Assembly: GCF_009914755.1 (NCBI RefSeq)
Contig: NC_060929.1
Length of the DNA: 64,000 nucleotides
Strand: one strand, 5' to 3'
From: the human T2T-CHM13v2.0 reference genome, Homo sapiens
Below, piece by piece: positions 43,130-58,528 of this stretch; position 1 is the first letter of the stretch, and every line of letters begins with the position of its first letter. Both the position numbers and the translations under genes were made by a program. The notes below the pieces were generated by a model. It ran no database searches, was not told the DNA's origin, and saw nothing but the letters and a program-made list of their open reading frames with translations.

Positions 43130-45600
43130 AGCCAGGTTTTCTGAGATCGAGCCAGGTTTTCCTTTGTTCATAATCTGTTCTTGCCTCTTATACTGTCCTG
43201 GAATTATTTTCCTATTCCGGAAGTACATTTTCAGAAGTTAAGTGACAGTCATTTTTAAGTAAAATCTCTCAATTTTTGTTTGTCTGAAAAAGTATTTTTT
43301 TATCCTCATACCCGAAAGGTATTTTTTGCTTAGTATGTAATTTCAGGTTGACAGTTTTTTTTTTTTTTGAAGTCAAATAGTTTTGAAGACAGTTATTTTT
43401 TAACCATAAATTTGAAGATCACATTCCACCATTTTTTGGCTTTCACTTTGAAAAGCCTATTGTAATCAAATTTTTCATTCATTTGTATCTAATCTGTCTT
43501 TCTATCTCTCATACTTAAAGAACATTTTTATTTTTATATTATGCAATTCTATTTTAAGGTATGTAGGCATAAATTTGAATTTTGGGATTCATGTCTTTTA
43601 TGATTAAATGAAAAATTTCAATCATTAACTGTCTTAATATTTTATCTCATTCTTTATATTATTTAATTCTGAAACTAAAATTTTTCCTATGTTTGTTCTT
43701 TTACTTCAAGCTTCCACATTTTTTTACTCTGTTTAATATTTGTCCCTTTTTTTCTTTTCTATGATTCTTGGGTAATTTCTTTCAATCTCTTCTCCTGTTC
43801 ATTGATTCTCTCATTAACTGTGTCTTGGCAGTTCTTTAACCCATGCACTGAATTTTTTATTTTAATTATACTATTTTTCCTTTCTACTGCAAATTTGTTT
43901 TTAGTTACTTTCAAATCTTCCTAGATATTTTGATACTTTTATTCTTTACTCATTTATTTAGTTATCTTTTTGTTTCTTTAAAATTTTACATAGTTCTAAT
44001 ATTTAATGATGTTAGATGTTAGAAGGAGGTATTATACAATTCTGCTGTTAATTGTTTCTGCTGACTCTCACTTATGATGGCTTATCTCATCATGTGTTTT
44101 GTAATTTTTTTATTGTACATGAATGTTTATTTGGTTCAAATCTGTGGGGATCTAAGAAGCCTGGATTGAAGGCCCATGAGGATTTGTTTTGCTTATGACT
44201 GGCAGCTTAGTTTGATATCTGCAAATACTTTAAATTAATGGGTTGGCTTAGAATTTCTGGAACATATAGGTAATGTAAATTCTGATCACAATTCCACATG
44301 ATAGGAGGACTATGAGGACCACATCTAAAGGGGATATTTTATTCTTCACAAGAATGTAAGGCCAAAAAGGCAAGTTACTGTGCCCTCTCCCTTTGCTAGA
44401 AGACAGGATTAAAAAATGCTGACCAGCTTTTCACTGATGTTATTGCCCTTCGGTGATTCTGGCTTTACAGAGATAAGGAAATTTCCATTCTATCTACAAA
44501 TATTGTGCTAGTCCAAAGCCTTGTCATGGATTCCTTTATATTATTGTAAGCCCATTTATACACTTAATGGAATATTTGTTGTATTTAAACCAAAATATTG
44601 AGATGCTTTTTCATATTTTTCAGATTATTTAGCCTAGAAGTTTTATTTGAAGTCACCCCTTCTTCTCACTCTAACTCAAAAATAAAGAATATCTTTTAAA
44701 AGCATATTATATACAATTGCTTACAGAGTTCAGAGTTTGGCAAACAGTTCAATTTTATTACCACTTTAAGTAATTTTCCTGTGGCTTTGTTATACACATT
44801 CCCCTAGAAACAGAGCCTGGGATAAGGAATTGAGTGCAAGTGGTTTATTTTGGAAGATGTACTAAAGGAGGAATGGAAAGTGAAATAGGGAATGGAACGA
44901 AGCCCATAGATAGTGTGCTAATGAATAGATTATTACTAAAGGTACATGGGGCCTAATTCTTCTGAAAACCTATGGGAGACCATGTGAAGCATGCCTCCAA
45001 ATTTTCTCATCTGAATGACAAAGAATATTTTGTGTTTATTCTCCAATTCCCCAAAACTAAAGTACGCTCATGGAGTCATATCAAATAACGAATTTTCTGA
45101 TATTTTTGGCCTACCTTCATTCACAGGTTGAAAGAAACCTCTCAGATGGAGAATCATAGGAGCTTGTGCTAGGATGCTTTCAACATGCAGTAGAACAGTG
45201 AACATCGAGAATATATTGGTAACACATAGACATGTGATAAAGTTTACCCCTTGCACAGCTCAGATTCCCTTGTGCTCTATGTTAAGGTTATTTAAGTTAA
45301 ATTCCAATATTTTATTTATTGTGTTGCTTCCCTGTATGAGAAGATGAACAATTAATTGGGGGCTATGCCACCAAAAATAAGGAATTGAGTAAAAGGCTAT
45401 TAAGTAGGCTTGGGCGAAGACTTGGACAGTACATTGCAGTTGATTTTGTTCAATTTCATCTCTTAGCATAGTAGCAGCAACTCATCCCTCACTTCCAACC
45501 CTAGGTCAGGCACCTGTGCATGTGTTCCTGGAAAAACATGCACACAGTTACCAGGAACCATGGTGAGAAAAAAAACCACCAATTCCTATAAATATGTGGG
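43130..45600. mobile_element. Ancient L1ME (minus, ~43130-44500) and MLT1-like LTR remnants (~44780-45600)
   Basis: T-rich L1 antisense remnants (tttgtctgaaaaagtattt, caggttgacagtt); MLT1-like cccctagaaacagagcctgggataagga. Confidence 0.5.
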
Positions 45601-46649
45601 ACCTGTGCTCTTACCCCTCATTACTGCTTCTAATCACAGAGGTGTAGACAAAGAGGCAGGTAACCGTGGTTGTTACACCTCCTGCCATATTGTTTCAAGC
45701 TCCTCTTTTTCTAGCTGAAGTGTCTTTTATAAAATTTAAATGTTTGGAACTCTTTTTCCTCTTCAGTTTTCTCTTCTTACTCCCTTTTGGTAGCAAGGCA
45801 TTAGAGAGTAAAACATTCAAAAGCAACTGCATAAACAGAGAAAATTAGAAAGTGGCTGCATATGTCCAGGGAATGAGGCAGGCTCAGAAAAGACCTGAGG
45901 AGGCCTTAAGTTTATACCTCAGGCAGGTTCTTTGCACAGAGAGCCTAAAACAATTTTTACAACAATAAATAAAAATGACAATCAATAAAAATAAAGCTTA
46001 GGGTAAGGTGCAGAACCTGATCTCCAGGGTTACCACATTATTAAATTGTCCAGTTTTCAACTAAAAAATTACAAATCATACAAAAGAATAGGACATCAAG
46101 ACCCATTCCAAGGAAAAAAGTAGATTGGTAGAAATTTTCCCTGAAAAAAAACATGTGATGGCAGAGCTACTAAAAAAAAAAAACTTTAAAGCAAATCTCA
46201 TAGAGATGCTTAAAGAGAAAAAAAAAGATGTAAAGAAAGCAAAACAAAAAAAGGCAATATGTGAAAAAAATGAAAATATCAATAAAAAGATAGAAAACCT
46301 ATAAGAAACCAAAAAGAAATTCTAGAGCTGAAAATTATAACTAAAATAAAAATTTACTAGAAGAATTCCAAAACAGATTTGAGCAGGCAGAATAAAGTAT
46401 CAGTAAACTTGAAAATAGGACACTAAAAATATGGATTCTAAAGAATAGAAAGATAAAAAGATTGAAGAAAAGTGAACAGAGCCAAAGGGACCTATGGGAA
46501 ACCATCAAGTGGACCAATGTACAGATGGTGAGACTCTCAGAAGGAGAAGACAGGGAGAAAGGAGCAGAGAGAATATTTGAAAAAACATTGGCTGAAAAGT
46601 TTTCAAATTTGATGAAAGGCATAAATATAAGCATTCAAGAAGCCTGATG

Positions 46650-47109
46650 AACTCCAAGAAAGATGAGCTCTGAAACAGATGCACATTGAGACACATTTTT
46701 ATCAAACTTTAAAAAGACAAAGATGACGAGAGAATCTTGACATCAGGAAGACAGAAACAACTCGTTACATATGAGGGCTTCTCAATATGCTTATAAATCC
46801 ATTTTTTTTTAAACAGAAACTTTAAAAGCCAGAAGGCAATGGGCTGATATATTCAAAATACTAGAAGAAAAAAGTCAACTCCAAGAAAGATGAACTCTGA
46901 AAAAGATGCACATTGAGATACATTTTTATCAAACTTTAAAAAGACAAAGATGAAGAGAGAATCTTGACATCAGGAAGACAGAAACAACTCATTACATACG
47001 AGGGCTTCTCAATATGCTTATAAATTGATTTTTTTTTAAAATCAGAAACTTTAAAAGCCTGAAGGCAATGGGCTGATATACTCAAAATGCTAAAAGAAAA
47101 AAGTCAACT
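46650..47109. repeat. ~227-bp tandem duplication within L1 ORF1
   Basis: aactccaagaaagatga... begins at 46650 and again at 46877; aact microhomology at the junction. Confidence 0.93.
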
Positions 47110-47950
47110 ATGAATTCTATATCCAGCAAAATTGACCTTCACAAGTGAGGGAGAAATTAAGGCATTCCCAAATAAACAAAAGCAGAGAGAGCTCATTCAT
47201 TACCAGTAGTCGTGCTCTGCAAGAAAGTCCTGCAGAATGAAATGAAAACACACTAACTGTAACTAAAAACTGTAGTAAGAAATAAATGTCAATAAAGCAA
47301 AATAAATGAAAAAATTTTAAATCTAGTGTTATTGTAACAACAGTTTAAACCTCCTCCTTTTGTTTTCTACTAGATTTAACAGACATACATTTTTAAAAAC
47401 AACTATTAATCTAAAAATTATTATTATTGTAACTTTGATTTGTAACTTTACATTTTGTTTTCTACATAATTTTAGAGACTAATAAATTTAGAAAGAATTA
47501 TTAGTTTATGTTTTGGAGTACACAATGTATAAAGATGTAATTTTGTGACACCAACAACCACAAAGGTAGGAGATGAATTCATTAAAGGAGCAAAGTTTTT
47601 GTATATTATTGATGTTAAGCTGGTATAACTTCAAATTAGAGTGTTGTAACTTTAGGATTTTAAGTGCTATTTCCATGGTAAACACAAAGGAAACAGCAAT
47701 AGATAGATAGATGATACATAGATAAATAGATAAATAAAGGAATTTAAATGTTTCACTACAAAAAAAAGCTAAACACAAAACAGAATAATAATGCAGGAAA
47801 TGAGAGACAAAAAAGCTATAACACATATGGAAAAGAAATCATAAAATGACAGAAGTTAATCCTTCCTTAATTACTTTAACTGTAAAAGTAACAAACTCTT
47901 TAATCAAAAGATAGAGATTGGGAAAGTGGATAAAAATCATGATCCAGTTA

Positions 47951-48388
47951 CAGACAGCCCCTGGTTTAAAATGGTTCGATTTATGATTTTTGAACTTTAC
48001 GACAGTGTGAAAGTGACATGCATTAAGTGGCAATTGTACTTTGAATTTTGATTTTTTTTTCCTAGGCTAGCAATATGTGGTACAATACTCTCTCATATTC
48101 TCCTGCGATGTTTCCAGTAATCCACAAAATCATGAGAGTAAACAACAATAATGCACTGTGTTCAAAAAATTATATAAGATATTTAACACTATTATAAAAT
48201 AGGCTTTGTATTAGAATATTTTGCCCAACTGGAGGCTAATGTAAGTGTTCTCAGCACCTTTAAGGTAGGCTAAGCTAAACTATGATGTTAGATAAATTAG
48301 GTGTATTAAATGTATTTTTTCATTTGCATTATTTTTATCTTACTATGGGTTTATTGGAATGTAGCTTCAGTGTAAGTCAAGCATTCAT
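47951..48388 (-). mobile_element. MER47-like TcMar-Tigger element inside the L1
   Basis: ataggctttgtattaga...tgcccaactggaggctaatgtaagtgttctcagcacctttaaggtaggctaagctaaactatgatg matches MER47/Tigger5 sequence as recalled; TA flanks. Confidence 0.78.
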
Positions 48389-49875
48389 ATATGCTGTCTA
48401 CAAGAGATTTACTTTAGATCCAGATACAGATTAAAAGCAAAATGATAGAAAAATATATTCCATGCAAATAATAACCAAATGAGTAGGAGTGGCTATGCTA
48501 ATATTAGACAAAATAGACTTTAAAAAGTTTACAAGAGACAAAAGGGACATTATATATTAATAAAAGTTTCAATACTGCAAAAAGATATCACAATTATAAA
48601 AATTTATGTATCTAATAACAGACTATCAAAATATATAAAGCAAAAACTACAGAATTGAGGGAGAAACATAAAGTTTTACAATAATAGATGGAGAATTTAA
48701 TATGCCATTCTCAATAACAAGTAGAACAACCAGGCAGAGACAAATGAGAAATAGAGAACTTAACACAACAAACCAACTAGATCTAACAGACAAATACAGA
48801 ACACAATGACAGCATACACATTTTTTTCAAATCCATATGGACATTTTCCAGGATAGACCATCTATTAGACCACAAATTAAGTCTTAATAAATTTAAAAAT
48901 ATAGATATCATACAATCTTTTTCTCTCTAATGGCAACAGAATAAAGTTAGAAATTAAAAACAGAAGCAAAACTGGAAAATGCACAAAATTATAGAAACAA
49001 AACAGCACAGCCTTAAACAACCAATGAATTTTTTTTTAATTACAAGAGAAATTAGAAAATACTTAGAGATGAATGAAATTAAAAACATAACTTACCAAAA
49101 CTTATGGGGCAAAGCAAAAGCAGTGCTTAGAGGGGAAATTTATAACTATAATTTTTTTATTAAAAAAGAACTCAAATCAGCAACCTAACTTTACAACATA
49201 AGCAAGTAAAAAAAGAACAAACTAAATTCAAAGCTAGCCAAAGAAAGGAAATTATAAAAACTGGAACAGAGATAAACAAAATAGAGAATAGAAAAGTAAT
49301 ACAGAAGATCAATTAAACCAAAAGTTGTTTCTTTGAAAAGATCAACAAAACTGACAAAACTTTAGCTAGATAACCTAATAAAAACTAAAATCAGAAATGA
49401 AAAGAGACCTTACTACCAGTTCTACAGGGAAAAAGGGTTATAAGACAGTACTGTGAACAATTATATGCTAACAAATTGGATAATGTGAATGAAATAAATT
49501 GTTAGAAACACAAAACCTGCTAAGTTTAATCACAAATAACTAGAAAATCTTAGTAGATTTGTAATTAGTAAGGAGATTGAATTAGTAATCAATACTCTCT
49601 CAACTCAGAAAAGCTCTGGACCTGGTGCCTTCAATGGTAATTTATATCAAACATTTAAAGAATGATTAACACCAATGCTTCTGAAATTTTCCAAAAAAAT
49701 TGAAGAGGAAGGAACACTTTCTCACTCATTCTATGAGACCAGCAGGACTCTGATACTAAGTCAAAAAACTACAAGAAGATGAAACTACAGACCAATATCC
49801 CTCATAAATATTGAGGCAAAAATCCTCAAGAAAATACTAGCAAATAAAACTCAACAGCATATTAAAAATACCATT

Positions 49876-50519
49876 GGCACTGGAAAGGGGTCCTGATCCA
49901 GACTCTAAGAGAGGGTTCTTGGATCTCATGCAAGAAAGAATTCAGGGTGAGTACGTAGTGAAAAGCAAAAGCAAGTTTATTAAGAAAGTAAAGTGGTGGA
50001 AGAACAGCTACTCCATAGACAGAGTAGGGTGTTCCCAAAAGTAAGAGGAGGAACATGCCCACCCTAGGTATGATACTTGTTTATATATAGGATTAAAAAA
50101 AGATCATGGAGAGATGTGCTCTACTACAAGGGTTTGTGATAAAAAATTGATTTTCCTTATTTTTTATATGTGAAGGAAAATACAGAATTTTAAAAATTAA
50201 GTCAGTTTGTTGCATAGGTAGTTTGTGTTCATGGTACAAAATACAAATGGTATGAGACACTATGAGTCATCCTACTATTTCATAGGAATTAATAAAAGAG
50301 AAAAGAACAATTTAAAAATTAATTTTCTTAATTACTATATTTTGTAAGAATTGATATTGTTATCTTTAAAGCAAAATTAGGAATGCTTCTATTCTCAGGA
50401 TATCAAGATATCAGGACACTCCTAAGTCTGGGTCTGTTTAGTAAATGTTATCTGTCTGTTCCCTTAGCCATAAACATCTAGAGACTAGGAATGCCTAACT
50501 TTCTAGGAATGCAGCCCAG
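49876..50519 (-). mobile_element. MER41-family LTR (3' LTR of the provirus); the start of U3 is deleted and there is a ~155-bp foreign insert
   Basis: ggaaaggggtcctgatccagactctaagagagggttcttggatctcatgcaagaaagaattc is the reverse complement of a MER41-type U5; AATAAA on the minus strand; ends gaatgcagcccag joined directly to env 3' sequence. Confidence 0.82.
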
Positions 50520-50549
50520 AAGTGGGTAGAGAGGAGCACAGTCAGAAAG

Positions 50550-51850
50550 TGTCAGTATGGTGAGGGTTGTTTAGAACTCTGAGTTTCAACAAAAGGTGAT
50601 ATCTGGAAAATTAATGTGTCCAATTTAAGAAAACATTGAGTAAGCTTGTCTTGCATTCCTCCACAGAGTACAACCACAATATACTCCACAATAGCAAAGC
50701 AAAATAAGTAAAATCATTCCATAAACTAAACAGGAAGGCTTTCCAAGAACTGGTTAGTTGTTGGAACCAAGCAGATACAGGGTCTATTGACAGTAAATCA
50801 ATGGCAGAAATATGAGTGTCTAAAGCTTTCATAGCCTGGGTAATATTATGTGAATAATCTGGAACATACACACAACATTTGGGTTTGATCAAACACATGT
50901 TCCTCCTTGGGCTGCTGTTAAAATGTCCAAAGCCATATGATTTTGTAAGGCTACTGAGAAATTTCCTCAGTTAGGAGGGTAAGGGCATGGCATTATTATT
51001 GAAAGTTGCAGCCATGTGCTTGGCTAAGGCTTCAACTTGTAACTCAATACTGATTGTAGCTGCCTGTGGGGAAAATATAGCCATTGGGTAGAACCACCAA
51101 AATGCCCATTTTTGTCACCTATGGAGAGCCTTTACAATTTCCCGGTTAGATGGGAGAGTCCTATTTAGTGAGGTCGAAGTTTCATCCCAGGAGATAAGGA
51201 CAACCCCACGTACACCTTCCAGTCCAGTTATAAGGTGAGTATGGCCAGCCATGAGTTCCACAAGCCCATAACCACTCCCAGCGAGAAGGGTAGACACCCA
51301 TTTTTGGCAAATTATGTTGCCATCCCATCCACATCTGCCTTGTTGAAAGAAGGATCTAATTACATTGTTGAGGTGATAACCATCCCATATCATGAGTTCT
51401 AGTCTGGTGGTGACTACTATTGTGACTTTGTAAACAGAGACTCTTTTCTTGGTACCTGTACTTGAACAGCTGTCATTTGCCCAAGTCCATCGTGAACAGT
51501 AGAACCTAAAGTTGGGGTGGAGTTTAGCTGTTTCCTAATTAGATGAAAAGGTGCCTTCTTGTCTCACAGTAGGAGAGGAATAGGCTAAGGCCTGCGTGGC
51601 TATGATACATGGGAAAAGAGGGGCTATTTTTACAATGTTCAGTTTCTCAATCATAATAAAATCCCCACAAACTTAGGTTGGCCAGTTGAATATGCCAGAG
51701 CAATCCGGAAGTGGAGGAAAGTTGCAGTTCTCCACATACTCAACAGTTTGTCTGATTATGTAGAGAGGCTAAAGTCTGTGCCCATTCAGCAAATAAGTTA
51801 CTTTCTGTGTGATTTCAACTTATACCCAAAAGTAGAATGTTAATCTATAT
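50550..51850 (-). pseudogene. Degenerate gamma-type env
   Basis: SU NC*VCGEL (CWVC motif); cleavage site HR*QKW/AFWWFYP; immunosuppressive domain LQNHMALDILTAAQGGTC followed, after a frameshift, by ...KCCVYVPDYSHNIT (CX6CC). Confidence 0.9.
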
Positions 51851-51857
51851 CTCTATG

Positions 51858-55845
<3,988 letters not shown>

Positions 55846-57400
55846 TCACTCTTGGGCTTGACTGGCTATTTCAGCCATTATTGGTTCGGGTGCTGATGGC
55901 TCTCTTAAGAGTACTAGGCAGTCTCTCTTCCAATGGCCAGTTTATTTGCAGTATGCACATTGATTTATACCCAAGGCACGGTGACTTGGATGCCCAGCTT
56001 TGGGCTTTCCACCTTTCTGCATCCCTTATTTAGGCCAAGACTCAGGAGGGCAACTCCATGTGGGAGGTGAGCTTAAGGCTGAAGCCAAGAGCTGCACCTT
56101 GTTGGATGTCCTTCTTGCTCTTTCTGCTCTGTCCCTGTTATTAAAAACTAAAAACGCCATATCCAAAAGCTGTTCCATAGGGGTCTGGGGACTGATCATT
56201 GCTTTTTGCAATTTCCTACTGATATAAGGGGCACACTGGCTTATAAGAGGTACTCCCAAAAGGGTCTTTCCTTCCTTTGAGGCAGGATCGTGTTAGTATA
56301 TTTCCTAATTGCCTCAACTAACCACTCTTGAAACAAAGCTGGATTCTCATATTTACCCTGAGAAACTTCCTTAACCTCTTCATAGTTAACAGGTTTTTTC
56401 ATGCATTTCTTCATCCCTTCCAACAAACAAGCAATGATATGGTCTCTCCTCCCCAAGTCCCCTGTACCTTTGATAGTTTCATTCTAGATCTTGGTCTGGA
56501 ACTGCTATACCTCCTGCCTAATATATATTATGATTAGGGTTGTGAGCCAATACTTGATCTGCATGGGTCTTAGCCGTCCCCAAAATGTGTTGTTTCTCTT
56601 CCACTGTACAACACAGAGGCAACAAAACATGCGGATCCTGCCAAGTTAAACTATAGGTCAGAGTTAATTTCTCAAATTCATCTACAAATTTTCCTGGATT
56701 TTCAGAGAAATGACCAAACTTCTCTTTACATATAACAACATCAGACATAGAAAAGGGGACATGTATTCTTACAGTGCCTTTTTCCTCATTTACCACCTCT
56801 CTAAGTGGACAAAGATCTCCTCCTGGAGGTTGATATGAGGCTCTACTATAAGTAGTACTCACAAGGCTAGGTTTCTCAGGGAGTGGTGGGTATAGAGCGG
56901 AATTAGACAAGTGAGGAGGGGATAAAAGTTTCTCAATAGAACTTTCAGGTGGACTAGAGGGAGAAAGGACCAACACATCTGAACCTTCAAAGCTGACAGA
57001 AGGAGGTTCTGCTCCACTGAAAAATGCACATTGAACGGCGGGTGATTGCACCAAGGGATCATCTAATATGTCTAGTTTTTTTTCTTCCTTTCCTTTCATC
57101 AAACATGCACATGTCTGCTGCCAGGTTTTATCCTGATTGAGCAACAAAAATGCTTGAACATATGGTATTTTATCCCATTTTCTCTCCCACTTACAAAACG
57201 AATCAAGTTTAAGAATAGTATTAAAGGCTGTAGTTCCAGTAGGTCATTTCTCTTGTTTTTCCAAATAATACTGAGACTAAACAGTATTACATAGAAACAC
57301 CAGTTTTCTCTTCTTAAGCCTATTTAGTTTAAACTGTTCCAAATATTCAAGAATACATCCTAGCTGTGAGTCCTTTGGGATCAATGCTGTGTTTCCCATG
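55846..57400 (-). pseudogene. Degenerate gag
   Basis: Myristoylation-type start MGNTALIPKDSQLGCILE; PLREV...IHVPFSMSD; MHR-like VSQGKYENPALF; zinc knuckle CAYCK*TGHWKRDC; stop TGA at 55848-55846 just upstream of pro. Confidence 0.92.
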
Positions 57401-57759
57401 AAGGAGGCAGGTGATGTTAAAAAAAATAGTTCCAAACCTGTGAGATCGTATTGCCACTGGCCAAGTTCCACTAAAAACGATAAAAGAGGTTTTAAAGGCC
57501 AGCTACAGTAATGAGGGGATCCCTGACGAAAATTGAATTCTCTTATTCACACTATCTGAATAATATAAATGAGCTGAGCCATGAATCTCATAAACCACAA
57601 CATGGAATCCAACAAAAGAAATGTTGAATGAAGTAAAGGAAATGAAGAGGATTTAGATGGGAATGACCAGAACAAACAGGTTCTGCGCAATAGCGGCAGC
57701 ATGGATTGGATAAGCAAAGCTGATTTGCCTGAATCGAAGACAGGAAAGAAGTGCTTTAA

Positions 57760-57797
<38 letters not shown>

Positions 57798-58477
57798 TAG
57801 CGTATAAATGAAATGAAATAGCAAAGAGAAAAGTTCCCTGATTTCTATCCTAATGCCTCTTAATCACACATAGTGGGCATAGCTGCAACAAAACATAACC
57901 ACATCTATCTAATCTTATTGCTCATAGCTGTTAAATACCAAATCTCAGTCAGTAATTTTAGAGACAGAGACTTCAATGCTTTTTGTTCCCAATGTTTCAC
58001 AAGCAAATGGACAGAAATTAGGAGGCACATAGGGAAATAGTAATTTAAAGTTCCTAAGACCAGCTAAATGAAGTCTTCTGAAAATGACAGTGAAACTGAG
58101 ACGGCAACCAAGTAATCGACTCATGCAACAGAGGACAAGGCAGATTAATACAAAGAGCATAACAGTTAACACCCCATGGTGCCAAACCCTTTCTTAGGCG
58201 AAAGGGACTTTACTGAGCGGGGCCTCTATCCCCCTAAATCTTAGTAAGGACTCTAACCTTCCCAAATTGGGCCTCAAACCCAAGGTCAGTCCAGTGTCCT
58301 TGCCTTAAATGAGAATAGTCTTTTTAACCCTCTCTGTCTTAGGAGAGGGTCTAACTCCTCTAAGTTGGGTCTCTAACCCAATCCCATCCTTTACCCAGTT
58401 ACCCTGACACTTATCCAAAGTCAGCAAATCAGTGTCGCAGTCCATTTCCTTTGAGTTAGAGGGGTTTCTTCAGTATC

Positions 58478-58528
58478 ATCCCTTCCAAGGTTCACCAGAA
58501 AGATGTGGCCAGAAAGGGGTTAGAATCC
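58478..58528 (-). other. Degenerate primer-binding site (tRNA-Arg-like) and a ~25-bp stub of the 5' LTR U5
   Basis: Minus strand reads ...GGCCACA TCTTTC TGGTGAACCTTGGAAGGGAT, resembling the Arg-type PBS TGGCGACCACGAAGGGA. The plus-strand tgtggccagaaagggg parallels the 3' LTR terminus at 49876. Confidence 0.6.

Larger units (their letters stand above)
45850..49875 (+). mobile_element. Old L1M (ORF1 and 5' half of ORF2), broken off by the ERV insertion
   Basis: ORF1 remnant QSQRDLWETIKWTN...GAERIFEKTLAEKFSNL; ORF2 remnants ITYQNLWGKAKAVLRG and aactacagaccaatatccctcataaata. Confidence 0.88.
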
